Shown piece after piece: positions 1 through 9,207 of a stretch of 64,000 nt of DNA (positions are counted from its first letter, which is position 1; every line of letters begins with the position of its first letter). The position numbers and the translations under genes were made by a program. The stretch is from assembly GCA_965200065.1 (NCBI GenBank), contig CBDATF010000001.1, positions 986,012-1,050,011 on the forward strand, written 5' to 3'. The notes beneath the pieces are model-generated. The model did not search any database and had not been told where the DNA came from. It worked only from the letters and a program-made list of their open reading frames with translations. The stretch is from Dehalococcoidia bacterium (GTDB lineage: Bacteria > Chloroflexota > Dehalococcoidia > Lucifugimonadales > Lucifugimonadaceae).

Positions 1-468
1 CGGGGGCAGTTGAATAATCCCGCCGATCGCGACCATTGCATCCAGTACATGACGGCGATTGCGTTGATGAATGGCACCGTAACGTCGGAAGATTACGAGG
101 ACGCGGCCGCGCGTGATACGAGGATCGACGCATTGCGCGACCGAATGATTGTGCGTGAAAGACCGGAATACACCCGCGAGTATCTCGATCCAGATCGCCG
201 TTCCATTGCCAATGCGGTGCAGGTCGAATTTGTGGATGGGAGTTGCACGGAGGAGATCGAAGTCCGCTACCCAATCGGACATCGCAGACGTCGGAACGAG
301 GCGGTGCCGCTACTCTTTGCTAAGTTCCGGGAAAACGTCGCTTCAACTTACTGCGACGGTACTTATGCCGCGCGCGTCTGCAGTCTGTTTGACGATTTAG
401 AGAGACTGGATGATATGGCGTTGACTGATTTCATGGAAGAGTTGAGTGTATCGGCTCAAGAACAATAG
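1..468 (+). CDS. MmgE/PrpD-family dehydratase (2-methylcitrate dehydratase-like), C-terminal part; 5' end lies outside the window
   Basis: The frame is open from base 1; the track's M at 10 is an internal TTG. The sequence DHCIQYMTAIALMNG...RYPIGHRRRR resembles the conserved C-terminal domain of PrpD/MmgE proteins. Confidence 0.7.
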   Translation, partial: RGQLNNPADRDHCIQYMTAIALMNGTVTSEDYEDAAARDTRIDALRDRMIVRERPEYTREYLDPDRRSIANAVQVEFVDGSCTEEIEVRYPIGHRRRRNEAVPLLFAKFRENVASTYCDGTYAARVCSLFDDLERLDDMALTDFMEELSVSAQEQ

Positions 469-485
469 CAAGGGAACCTATTAAA

Positions 486-2171
486 TTGACCAAGAGTCTG
501 ACTGGAAGCGACCTCTTAAATCTCTCGCTTAAGGCCGAGGGTGTAGATACTCTGTTCGGCATTGCGGGCGACCATATTCTCGACATGCTGGACCGCATGG
601 TTGATGAGCCGTTCCGCATGATCGACACGCGGCACGAATCGGGAGCCGTGCACGCCGCCGATTCCTACGCTCGCATCCTGCGGCGCGCGTCGGTCGCGCT
701 CTCTACGACTCCGGGACACGCCAATGCGGTGCCGGCACTTGCCAACGCGCTACATTCCGAAGCCCCGGTAGTGAACATCGCCGGCAGTGCCGATTCGCCC
801 AACCTGGGACGCGGTGCAATGCAGGAGATCGACCAGGTCGGCATCGCCGCACCAGTGACGAAAGGTGCATGGGAAGTACCGTCGCCGGAGCGCATACCGG
901 AGTATGTGGCATTGGCCTTTCGGACCGCGCTGAGCGGACGTCAAGGACCAGTGCATCTCACCATTCCGCACGACTACCAATCGGCAACGGTCGATGTGGC
1001 TGACTTTGAGCGATACGCGCCGCGTGAATACAGCCTACCGACTAAAGTGCTGGGCGATGCCAGCCGCGTTCAGGAAGCAGTGAGACTGCTCGGATCCGCA
1101 GAGCGTCCGATCATCATGGCGGGATCATCGGCCGGAGCAACCGCAGACCCCGAAATAGTGCAGAAGCTGGTCGAGACTACGCAGATACCGTTTGTCTCTG
1201 AAGATTCGGCACGAGCATTGATACCCGATTCCCATCCGCTCAGCATCGGTCTCGGCTACCTGCCGTTGAATCGAGCGGCGCAGATGGTACGAGATGCTGA
1301 TGTCGTCTTGATGCTTGGGAAACGTCTGGACTACACCTTGGGCTTCGGTGGTACTCCGCCATTCAGTCCGGACGTCAAATTCATCGTGGTCGATCCGTCG
1401 CCAGCAGAGATTGGCCGCGCCCGCAGCGCGGAAGTGGCGATTCTCGGAGATGTCGGTCCCATCTGCGAACAGATACTGCATGAGGCAGATTTCCAAGCGT
1501 GGGAGCCAAAGAGCGAATGGATGGACGCTCTGCGTCGTGCACATGCCGAATGGATGGCGGAACTGTACGAAAAGGCTAGTCCTGCCACACCGATGCACCC
1601 CATGCTAGTCAGCGAAACAGTGCAGAAGTACCTGGATGATGATGCCCATATCACGTTTGATGGTGGCGACTACTGCCACTTTCTGAGGGCGTCGATACCG
1701 CGCAACATGCCGTTCCGCTTCCACAACGTCTCAAGCTTCGGAATGATCGGCGTCGGCATTGCATACGGTCTTGGCGCACAGGCCGCCTTGCCTGATACCC
1801 AGTGCGTAGTGGCGGTAGGCGATGGTTCATTCGGCTTCAACGGCATGGAGCTAGACACGATGGTGAGACACAACCTGCCGGTCAAGATACTGCTGGGAAA
1901 CAATTCGATATGGGGAATAGATTGGCAAATCCAGAAAGGCATCTACGGTCGCCCGGTATGGACTGATCTGGCGCGAGGCACGCGTTACGACCTGGTGGCT
2001 CAAGGTCTGGGCGCGCACGGTGAAAATGTGCAATCTGCAGAGCAGCTGGAGCCGGCGATACAACGTGCATTCGCGCACGACGGGCCTGCGTTGCTCGACA
2101 TCGAAGTAGACCAGATCATCAGCCCAGTTGCCGAGGCGGCGATAGACCGCAAGCTGGGTTCACATGGCTAA
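486..2171 (+). CDS. Thiamine-diphosphate-dependent enzyme (acetolactate synthase / oxalyl-CoA decarboxylase superfamily)
   Basis: 561-aa ORF. N-terminal Pyr domain (GVDTLFGIAGDHIL, HESGAVHAADSYAR). C-terminal ThDP motif GDGSFGFNGMELDTMVRHNLPVKILLGNN (GDG-X24-NN). TTG start preceded by AAGGGAA. Confidence 0.85.
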   Translation: MTKSLTGSDLLNLSLKAEGVDTLFGIAGDHILDMLDRMVDEPFRMIDTRHESGAVHAADSYARILRRASVALSTTPGHANAVPALANALHSEAPVVNIAGSADSPNLGRGAMQEIDQVGIAAPVTKGAWEVPSPERIPEYVALAFRTALSGRQGPVHLTIPHDYQSATVDVADFERYAPREYSLPTKVLGDASRVQEAVRLLGSAERPIIMAGSSAGATADPEIVQKLVETTQIPFVSEDSARALIPDSHPLSIGLGYLPLNRAAQMVRDADVVLMLGKRLDYTLGFGGTPPFSPDVKFIVVDPSPAEIGRARSAEVAILGDVGPICEQILHEADFQAWEPKSEWMDALRRAHAEWMAELYEKASPATPMHPMLVSETVQKYLDDDAHITFDGGDYCHFLRASIPRNMPFRFHNVSSFGMIGVGIAYGLGAQAALPDTQCVVAVGDGSFGFNGMELDTMVRHNLPVKILLGNNSIWGIDWQIQKGIYGRPVWTDLARGTRYDLVAQGLGAHGENVQSAEQLEPAIQRAFAHDGPALLDIEVDQIISPVAEAAIDRKLGSHG

Positions 2172-2206
2172 ATCGAGGATGAATTAGACGACAGGGAGCT
2201 TCAAAG

Positions 2207-2608
2207 TTGACGATAAAAGTAGATAAGACGCGGGCACCGGATGGTTGTGCCGGCTATTTCGCTTCTGAATACGTGCAGAAACGTGAGTTGTTACCCGGGG
2301 TGCAGGCGCGGCTGATATGGGGCGAACGCATCATGATGGGCATCATCGACTTTGAGCCTGAAGCCATCGTGCCTTGGCACACGCATCCGCACGAGCAGTG
2401 TGGACGGGTGCTCAGCGGCTCCGCGTGGTTTGAACTGGAAGGCCATGAAAAGGCTCTGCTAGTCGCCGGCGACCACTACGTCATCCCCGGCCACGTGCCG
2501 CATCAGGTGACGGCGACCTCAGATGGTTGCACCGCTCTCGATGTCTGGTCGCCGATCCGCGAAGAGTACATCTCGGACGATATCGCCTTCTTCAGCGACT
2601 CTGATTAG
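2207..2608 (+). CDS. Cupin-domain protein
   Basis: 133 aa with cupin motifs WHTHPHEQCGRVLSG and GDHYVIPGHVPHQV. TTG start 9 nt after AGGGAG. Confidence 0.8.
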   Translation: MTIKVDKTRAPDGCAGYFASEYVQKRELLPGVQARLIWGERIMMGIIDFEPEAIVPWHTHPHEQCGRVLSGSAWFELEGHEKALLVAGDHYVIPGHVPHQVTATSDGCTALDVWSPIREEYISDDIAFFSDSD

Positions 2609-2639
2609 ACCTTCAGACGAGGCAAAGTGCGAGATGCAA

Positions 2640-2680
2640 GCCTGTCCGAGCGTTAAGTGCTCTTGACAGCTCGGACAGGC
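2640..2680. terminator. Hairpin between the convergent cupin and sodN genes (possible bidirectional terminator)
   Basis: Perfect 12-bp stem, GCCTGTCCGAGC (2640-2651) with GCTCGGACAGGC (2669-2680), and a 17-nt loop. No clear U-tract on either side. Confidence 0.45.
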
Positions 2681-2712
2681 CTGTCTATGCGATATGCGCT
2701 CTGTCAGACGCC

Positions 2713-3141
2713 TTATTGCTTGGTAGCCCAGAAGATCTGGCCGATCTCTTCCAATGCCGCTTTGAAGGCTTGGGCCGCTTCCATATCGACGTTCTGCTTG
2801 GCCTGACTGCCCAGTTTGCAGGCGTTCCAAACCAGTTCGTGCAGGTTGGGATACTGCTCCAAATGCTCCGGCTTGAAGTAGTCGGTCCAGATGATGAGGA
2901 TGTCGTCCTTGGCCTTGCGGGCGTGCTCTTCCTTAGCCGCGACGTATCGGCTGAAGCTGTTGTGCTCAGCGACACCTGACGGCTCACCGACTTCCTCTAT
3001 CAACTCGGTCATCCTGATGACGGTCTGAGCCGCTTGGATGGCATCGTTAGGGTCATATATCCCGCACGGAATGTCGCAGTGAGCGTGTGCTACGCCAAAG
3101 GGCGCAATACGTTGGGCACTTCTGATGACATTTGCTAGCAT
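2713..3141 (-). CDS. sodN: Nickel-containing superoxide dismutase precursor
   Basis: The 142-aa ORF has a leader MLANVIRSAQRIAPFGVAHA followed by HCDIPCGIYDP. This is the His-Cys-X-X-Pro-Cys-Gly-X-Tyr nickel hook that forms the mature N-terminus of NiSOD. Confidence 0.9.
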   Translation of the reverse strand: MLANVIRSAQRIAPFGVAHAHCDIPCGIYDPNDAIQAAQTVIRMTELIEEVGEPSGVAEHNSFSRYVAAKEEHARKAKDDILIIWTDYFKPEHLEQYPNLHELVWNACKLGSQAKQNVDMEAAQAFKAALEEIGQIFWATKQ

Positions 3142-3281
3142 CGTTACATTTCCTTTCTGCTTGCCACGTTAGCGACACCCAGTCGAAGCGAGTGGCAGGC
3201 AATTACTCTTTCGATTATCAATTCAAAGAATAGACTAATTCGGGTATCTGGTTAGATAAGGGACTATTTGTTGCCATCAAG

Positions 3282-3713
3282 GTGCTTATGACCGCGTTGT
3301 TAGATCTCGTAACCAGCAAATGGGTGCTGGTAAAAGGCGCTTCCATGTCCCCGACTATACGGGACGGGCAGAGAGTGCGCGTCAGCCGACGGTCATATGC
3401 CAACTCGAAACCGGAGCGTTGGGATATCGTGCTGTTTGAACATCCGCATCGCGACGGATTCTGGGAAACGAAACGAATCGTGGGACTTCCCGGCGAAGTG
3501 GTAAATCTGCAGAGCGGTAGTTTGTATATCGACGGTGTAGAGATTGAGGACGCGTTCCGCGACGATGGCTTGGCGCATTCAGAGCTACGTTTGAGCCTAG
3601 GATGTGAGGAGTACGCTGTCATGGGTGACAATCGCCGCTACTCTACTGACAGCAGGGCGTTTGGAGCGGTGCATCGCAACCGGATATTGGGAAAGGTGAT
3701 GCTGAGCGATTGA
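3282..3713 (+). CDS. sodX: S26 (signal-peptidase-I-like) protease, NiSOD maturation protease
   Basis: 143 aa with the S26 Ser/Lys dyad context (GASMSPTI ... KRIVGLPGE ... GDNRRYSTDSR). Divergently adjacent to sodN. Start is GTG 3282 or ATG 3288. Confidence 0.8.
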   Translation: MLMTALLDLVTSKWVLVKGASMSPTIRDGQRVRVSRRSYANSKPERWDIVLFEHPHRDGFWETKRIVGLPGEVVNLQSGSLYIDGVEIEDAFRDDGLAHSELRLSLGCEEYAVMGDNRRYSTDSRAFGAVHRNRILGKVMLSD

Positions 3714-3722
3714 CGTTCTGGC

Positions 3723-4166
3723 TTATTCGCTAGTAGCAGAGTCGCGAGTCATTTCCTGGATCAATGTGTTGACGCGCCGCGCCACCTCGTGAATCAATGC
3801 CACGACCTCTTCCTCGTCAGACATCCGAGATGGATCGGGCAGTGCCCAGTCATCGACATCGGTCATATTGATTGCAGGGCAGGACTCGGCGTCAACTTCG
3901 CAACCCATAGTGATGATGCGCGGCTTGCCGGCGAACATTTCATCACTAATCGACTTGGGCTTCTCGTTTGAAGTATCCAGTCGGAATGAAGTCAAGACCG
4001 ACTGAATCGTTGGGTTGACACATTCGCCCGGTGCGGTGCCTGCAGATTCGGCACGCAGGTTAATTCCCAACTTGCGCGCACGGTCGTTGAATAGTGTCTT
4101 AGCAGCCACACTTCGCCCTGCGTTGTGGGTGCAGACGAATAGCACATCGATCTGCTCGTCACTCAT
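3723..4166 (-). CDS. arsC: Arsenate reductase, low-molecular-weight phosphatase (thioredoxin-coupled) type
   Basis: P-loop CTHNAGRS (CX5R-S) at Cys12, plus Cys89 and Cys96 spaced 7 apart (MGCEVDAESCP) like the Cys82/Cys89 pair of Gram-positive ArsC. The ATG overlaps the upstream aquaglyceroporin stop by 8 nt. Confidence 0.8.
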   Translation of the reverse strand: MSDEQIDVLFVCTHNAGRSVAAKTLFNDRARKLGINLRAESAGTAPGECVNPTIQSVLTSFRLDTSNEKPKSISDEMFAGKPRIITMGCEVDAESCPAINMTDVDDWALPDPSRMSDEEEVVALIHEVARRVNTLIQEMTRDSATSE

Positions 4167-4998
4167 ATCGGCTTCTGACCACCACTGTCGGTTCTGATTT
4201 TGCGCCCGGCAATCCCGGTTCGATCAGTAACTTGAAGATTAAGGCCCCTATCGGCGCACCGACGAGGGGACCGAGGATGTAGATCCAGAAGCCGCCTTCA
4301 GGCCCTGGGATTGCAATTTCGCCCCAACCGGCAACCCAGGAAATGATTCGGGGACCGAAATCACGTGCGGGGTTCCAGCCGGCCTGAGTGATGGGTGCAA
4401 ATAGACTGATCAGCGCGGCGACAGTGAAGCCGATGAAGAATGGTGCCATCCCGTTCGTAGGAATCCCGGCGTTGCGTCGCTCGGTCAACGCAAAGATGAC
4501 CATTGCCAATATCGCCGTGCCGAATGCCTCGACCGCGAAGGCGTGCCACACATTTACGGATGTGGTGAGCGAGTCGAACATCGCGGGGTTTGGGAAGTAC
4601 TCGCCGAATGCCATCGCTGACTTCTGACTGCCCATCTCTCCACGCACGATGTCGTTTCCCGCTTCAAATCGCGATATGAAGGGGTTGAATAGCAACAGCA
4701 CTGCAACGCCGGCGAGCATTGCGCCGATGAGCTGAGCGCCCCAGTAGGCGAGTAGTCGGTTTAGTGGAAACTGATCCCGGCGAAATATCGCGAATGCGAG
4801 GCTGACGGCCGGGTTTAGATGCGCGCCGGAGACCGCACCGCTGATGTAGATTGCCAGCGTGACTCCGAAGCCCCATACTGCGGCTACCTGCCATAGGCCG
4901 ACTTGTGCGCTGGTATAGACGGCCGCCGCGACCGATCCGATACCGAAAAGCACCAGCACGAAAGTGCCGAGTACCTCCGCCAGACAGGCATGAATCAA
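4159..4998 (-). CDS. MIP-family channel, aquaglyceroporin type
   Basis: 279 aa with two NPA boxes (SGAHLNPAVSLA and GWNPARDFGPR) and six predicted hydrophobic helices. Confidence 0.9.
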   Translation of the reverse strand: MIHACLAEVLGTFVLVLFGIGSVAAAVYTSAQVGLWQVAAVWGFGVTLAIYISGAVSGAHLNPAVSLAFAIFRRDQFPLNRLLAYWGAQLIGAMLAGVAVLLLFNPFISRFEAGNDIVRGEMGSQKSAMAFGEYFPNPAMFDSLTTSVNVWHAFAVEAFGTAILAMVIFALTERRNAGIPTNGMAPFFIGFTVAALISLFAPITQAGWNPARDFGPRIISWVAGWGEIAIPGPEGGFWIYILGPLVGAPIGALIFKLLIEPGLPGAKSEPTVVVRSRYE

Positions 4999-5049
4999 CG
5001 AGACTTGCCTAGTGTTGTTGCTGTCGTTGCGTTTCTGTGAGAACAGTTT

Positions 5050-6045
5050 CTAGCCGTCCTTTATCCACTTTGAAGCGTCGATGGCGAAGTAGGTGATTAT
5101 CTTGTCGGCGCCCGCGCGCTTAATCGCCAACAATGCCTCTAGAGCCGTCGTCTCAAGATCGATCCACTCATTTGCCGCTGCGGCATGGATCATCGAATAC
5201 TCGCCGCTTACGTTGTAGGCATATAGGCGATGTTCGGGAAATGCGAAACTTGCCGCTCCGATGACGTCGAGGTATGCCAATGCCGGTTTGACCATGATGT
5301 AGTCAGCACCTTCCTCGATGTCGGCGGCTATCTCATCCATCGCTTCGGCACGCTGGCTTGGCGCCATCTGATAGCTGCGACGATCGCCGAAACTGGGCGC
5401 CGAGTCGGCAGCGTCTCGAAACGGTCCGTAGAACGCAGACGCGTACTTTGCCGAGTATCCCAGTATCTGAACGTCGCCATGCCCCGCATCGTCAAGTGCC
5501 TGACGGATGGCGGCGACTTGACCGTCCATCATCGCTGACGGTGCGACGATGTGTGCGCCGGCATCGGCATGGGAAACGGCAGCAGCAGCGAGCAACGACA
5601 GGGTAGCGTCGTTTTCTACTTCACCATCTGCCGTCAGTTGCCCGCAGTGCCCATGGTCGGTGTATTCGCACATGCAGACATCAGTGATGATGGATGCTTC
5701 CGGGAAATTGCTTCGCATCACCGCCGCAGTCTGCTGAACGGCCTCACTGGGATCCCACGCGCGTGAACCGATTCCATCCTTGTCGTCCGGGATGCCGAAC
5801 AGCAGGAAGGCATCTACTCCCACTTTCAGCGCGCGTTCCGTCTCTCGCATCGCTTCATCTGCCGATAGCCGAGAAATGCCGGGCATCGAGGGTACGGGTA
5901 CACGCTGTTCGTAGCCATTCACAACGAACATCGGATACACAAACTCAGAACCGTCGAGATGAACTTCAGCATTGCGCCGACGCACATCAGGAGTGGCGCG
6001 CAACGGTCGGAAGCGACGGAATCGGGGGAGTTGTGAAGACGACAT
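5050..6045 (-). CDS. hemB: Porphobilinogen synthase (delta-aminolevulinate dehydratase), Zn/Cys-rich type
   Basis: 331 aa with the Cys-rich metal site DVCMCEYTDHGHCG and conserved YSAKYASAFYGPFRDA and MVKPAL motifs. Confidence 0.95.
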   Translation of the reverse strand: MSSSQLPRFRRFRPLRATPDVRRRNAEVHLDGSEFVYPMFVVNGYEQRVPVPSMPGISRLSADEAMRETERALKVGVDAFLLFGIPDDKDGIGSRAWDPSEAVQQTAAVMRSNFPEASIITDVCMCEYTDHGHCGQLTADGEVENDATLSLLAAAAVSHADAGAHIVAPSAMMDGQVAAIRQALDDAGHGDVQILGYSAKYASAFYGPFRDAADSAPSFGDRRSYQMAPSQRAEAMDEIAADIEEGADYIMVKPALAYLDVIGAASFAFPEHRLYAYNVSGEYSMIHAAAANEWIDLETTALEALLAIKRAGADKIITYFAIDASKWIKDG

Positions 6046-6051
6046 CAGAAA

Positions 6052-7572
6052 TCAGCGCTCAGCAGTGAAATAGGCTTCGATTGCGGATATCAACCCGGGT
6101 ATCGATTGCTCTTCTGGTACTAAATCCACGCGTATCCCACGTGCCTCGGCCGTCGCTGAAGTGATCGGTCCCATGCAGGCTACAACGCAACTGTTAATTG
6201 AAGTTATATCCCCATCCAATACATTGACGAGGTTTTTAACAGTAGAGGAGCTGGTGAAGGTGACGATGTCCATGCCGCGCTTAAACTCATTCTGTGCAAT
6301 TTCGTAGGAGTCTTCCGCTAAGACAGTGCGGTATGCCGACACTTCAGTGACGTGTGCGCCAAGCTCTCTCAAGCCTCGGGGGAGTGTTTCTCGACCGATA
6401 TCGGACTTGAATACGATGGCTGATTTTGGTGCCACATCCATGGCGTTGAATGCCGCAACGAGACCTTCGGCGGTATAGGTGTCGGGAGTTAAGTCGGCGA
6501 CAATTCCGTATGCGCTTAAGGCTTGGACGGTGGCCGGGCCGACGGCGGCGATCTTCACGTTCGCCAGCGCACGGCTGTCTCGGCCTGATGCCGTCAAGCG
6601 AGCGAATACCTGATTGACGCCATTCGGACTCGCAAACGCCATCCAATCGTATTCTGCAACGCGCATCAAAGTCGTGTCCAATGTTGCAGTATCTTCCATC
6701 GGCACGGATTTTATGACGGGACATTGAACCACTTCCGCGCCCAGTCTGCTCAAGCCGCTTGCCAATCTGCTGGCTTGTGAACGGGCTCTAGTAACCAGTA
6801 CCCGTTTCCCAAATAGCGGTAGTGCATCGAACCATGCGGTATGTTGCCTAAGTTGTGCTACCTCGCCGATAACCAGCGCCATCGGTGCAGTCAATCCTGC
6901 AGTGTGCATTTCAGCTTCGATGGTGCTGAGGGAAGCCGTGACGGTTCGTTGCTTCGTTGTCGTGCCGCGATGAATTGCGGCGACTGGCTCGTCAGCATCG
7001 CGCCCGTATCGGATCAATGCCTCCGCGATCTCGCCCAGTCGCGATGCACCCATCAGCACGACTATCGTGCCTTTGGTATTCGCCACGGCACGCCAATCTA
7101 CTCCGGAGTTGGATGCAGACGGATGATCGCTTCCCGTCACGAACGTCACTGACGAGGCGATGCCGCGATGCGTTACTGGGATGCCGGCATAGGCGGCCGC
7201 GGCGATTGCAGAAGTGACTCCGGGAACAATGACAAAGGGAACACCAGCGTCGGACAATGCGATTGCCTCTTCACCGCCTCTTCCAAAGACGAACGGATCG
7301 CCACCCTTAAGCCGACAGACATCTTTGCCATTCCGCGCCTGGTTAATCAAGAGATTGTTTATCTCTACTTGAGTCAGCGCGGCCGCACCGGGTGCTTTCC
7401 CAGCAGAAACCAGTTCAGCGTCCGAACGCGCTTCGCTCAGGAGTTCAGATGGTGCTAGTCGGTCGTAGACAATAACATCGGCATTGCGCAATGCTTGGAG
7501 GCCTTTGACGGTTATCAATCCCGGATCACCAGGACCGGCCCCGACCAGGTGCACGGTGCCGTTGTTCGTCAT
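6052..7572 (-). CDS. cobA-hemD: Fused uroporphyrinogen-III C-methyltransferase / uroporphyrinogen-III synthase
   Basis: 506 aa. The N-terminal half has SUMT motifs ([36 protein letters not shown]). The C-terminal ~240 aa are HemD-like. Its start overlaps the hemC stop by 1 nt. Confidence 0.9.
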   Translation of the reverse strand: MTNNGTVHLVGAGPGDPGLITVKGLQALRNADVIVYDRLAPSELLSEARSDAELVSAGKAPGAAALTQVEINNLLINQARNGKDVCRLKGGDPFVFGRGGEEAIALSDAGVPFVIVPGVTSAIAAAAYAGIPVTHRGIASSVTFVTGSDHPSASNSGVDWRAVANTKGTIVVLMGASRLGEIAEALIRYGRDADEPVAAIHRGTTTKQRTVTASLSTIEAEMHTAGLTAPMALVIGEVAQLRQHTAWFDALPLFGKRVLVTRARSQASRLASGLSRLGAEVVQCPVIKSVPMEDTATLDTTLMRVAEYDWMAFASPNGVNQVFARLTASGRDSRALANVKIAAVGPATVQALSAYGIVADLTPDTYTAEGLVAAFNAMDVAPKSAIVFKSDIGRETLPRGLRELGAHVTEVSAYRTVLAEDSYEIAQNEFKRGMDIVTFTSSSTVKNLVNVLDGDITSINSCVVACMGPITSATAEARGIRVDLVPEEQSIPGLISAIEAYFTAER

Positions 7573-8516
7573 CAGGCGATCGTGGCGGCGATTGTTTGCG
7601 GAAGCAGATCGCGCGCGCCTTTTTCAATCATCTGCTCAGCGATGCGCTTGCCCAGCTCGATGCCCTCGCTAGATGGGGCAGTGCCGCGTTCACGTACCGA
7701 TTTGGCGCCGGACGGTTCCGATACGATTGCCGCGAGCGTGATAATGTCGTCGTCGATCCTTGCGTGAGCACCGATTGGTGCGCTGCATCCACCGCCTATC
7801 GTGGCGAGAAACGCCCGTTCAGCATCAACACACATCCGCGTCCCGTCATGCTCTATCGCACGGCATATATCGGTGGTGATGGTGTCGTCCGACCGGGTCT
7901 GCAACGCCAAAGCGCCCTGTCCAGGTGCGGCGACGAAAGACATGCAGCTGAGATACTCAGAAACCCGTGCCGCCAGTCCAAGCCGCTTCAATCCCGCGGC
8001 CGCCAATATCAGCGCATCGATCACCGAGCCCTCTTCGTTGAGCATCGCTAGACGCGTCGTAACATTGCCGCGGATCGGCTTGAGAATGAGGTCGTTGCGC
8101 ATTGCACTGACAAGCGCGCGTCTACGTGCACTGCCGGTTGCCACGATCGAGCCTTGGGGCAGCTCGCTCAGCCCATCTCCATTTCGACTGACGACTGCGT
8201 CGCGCGGGTCTTCACGATAGGGCACGGAGGCTATCTGCAATCCCTCGGGAACCTCAGACTGCAGGTCCTTGAGGCTATGTACCGCGATGTCGATTTCGCC
8301 CTGGAGCAGTGCGTTTTCGATCTCTTTGACAAAGACGCCTACACCGATAGAGGAGATGGGAGAGTCGGGTGAAGCGTCACCACTCGTCTTGATGGATACA
8401 CGCTGAAAATCGATGTTGCCGAACCGTTTGGACAGCGCGTCAATGACTTCATTAGTTTGCGCTATCGACAGTTTGCTGTTTCGGCAACCGATGACTATCT
8501 TTTGAACCGCTCCCAT
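7572..8516 (-). CDS. hemC: Hydroxymethylbilane synthase (porphobilinogen deaminase)
   Basis: 314 aa: IGCRNSKLSIAQT, RGNVTTRL, and the cofactor cysteine context GGCSAPIGAHA. Confidence 0.95.
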   Translation of the reverse strand: MGAVQKIVIGCRNSKLSIAQTNEVIDALSKRFGNIDFQRVSIKTSGDASPDSPISSIGVGVFVKEIENALLQGEIDIAVHSLKDLQSEVPEGLQIASVPYREDPRDAVVSRNGDGLSELPQGSIVATGSARRRALVSAMRNDLILKPIRGNVTTRLAMLNEEGSVIDALILAAAGLKRLGLAARVSEYLSCMSFVAAPGQGALALQTRSDDTITTDICRAIEHDGTRMCVDAERAFLATIGGGCSAPIGAHARIDDDIITLAAIVSEPSGAKSVRERGTAPSSEGIELGKRIAEQMIEKGARDLLPQTIAATIA

Positions 8517-8530
8517 TATGTTTAGGCATT

Positions 8531-9202
8531 CTATGCCTGTTTGTTCAGTTCGGCGCGATCCTCTAATGCGCGAACCAACATCTGCCTTGCCCGATCGGGT
8601 TCGCCGGCCTGAAAAGCACTCAGCATCTCATCCGTAATCGACTGTGCCCAGTCATCGGGTGTGACCGGCAATTCGCGCCCTCTCACGTCTTTTCGGACAT
8701 CGGCGAGCATCGGACCCATGTCGGCCCATTGCAGACATTGGCAATAGTCGTGATCTGAAATGCGCTCCCGGAGCCGCCGTGCCAATGCCGGGCTTGTGCC
8801 GGCAGTTGAGACGGCAACCGTCACTTCCTCACGCTGGATCAATGCCGGTGCGATGAAGGTGCATAGGGGAGTGACGTCCATCACATTCAACAAGATGTTG
8901 CGCTCGGTGGCTTCTGACGAGATGGCGTCGTTAATGTCCGAGTCGGAAGTGTCAGCGACGATGACGACCCATGCGCCTTCAAGGTCGCCGGGAACGTAGC
9001 CACGCTTCACCCACTCGATCTCGCCCGAGTTCGCCATCTCCTGCAGGTTGTCGGATGCTTCAGATTCGGGACTGAACAGCGTAACGTTCGCGCCGCATTC
9101 AAGCAGATACTTCACCTTGCGCTCGCCTTCGTGCGGGTCTCCGCCAAAGACGAGACAATGACGATCTTGAACGTCTACAAATACTCCGTAGTAGCGAGGC
9201 AT
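8531..9202 (-). CDS. sirC: Precorrin-2 dehydrogenase / sirohydrochlorin ferrochelatase (SirC / CysG N-terminal-domain type)
   Basis: 223 aa with an N-terminal Rossmann-like segment (CLVFGGDPHEGERKVKYLLECGANVTLFSPE), typical of siroheme synthase N-terminal-domain proteins. It sits inside the hem operon. Confidence 0.75.
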   Translation of the reverse strand: MPRYYGVFVDVQDRHCLVFGGDPHEGERKVKYLLECGANVTLFSPESEASDNLQEMANSGEIEWVKRGYVPGDLEGAWVVIVADTSDSDINDAISSEATERNILLNVMDVTPLCTFIAPALIQREEVTVAVSTAGTSPALARRLRERISDHDYCQCLQWADMGPMLADVRKDVRGRELPVTPDDWAQSITDEMLSAFQAGEPDRARQMLVRALEDRAELNKQA

Positions 9203-9207
9203 AAGAG

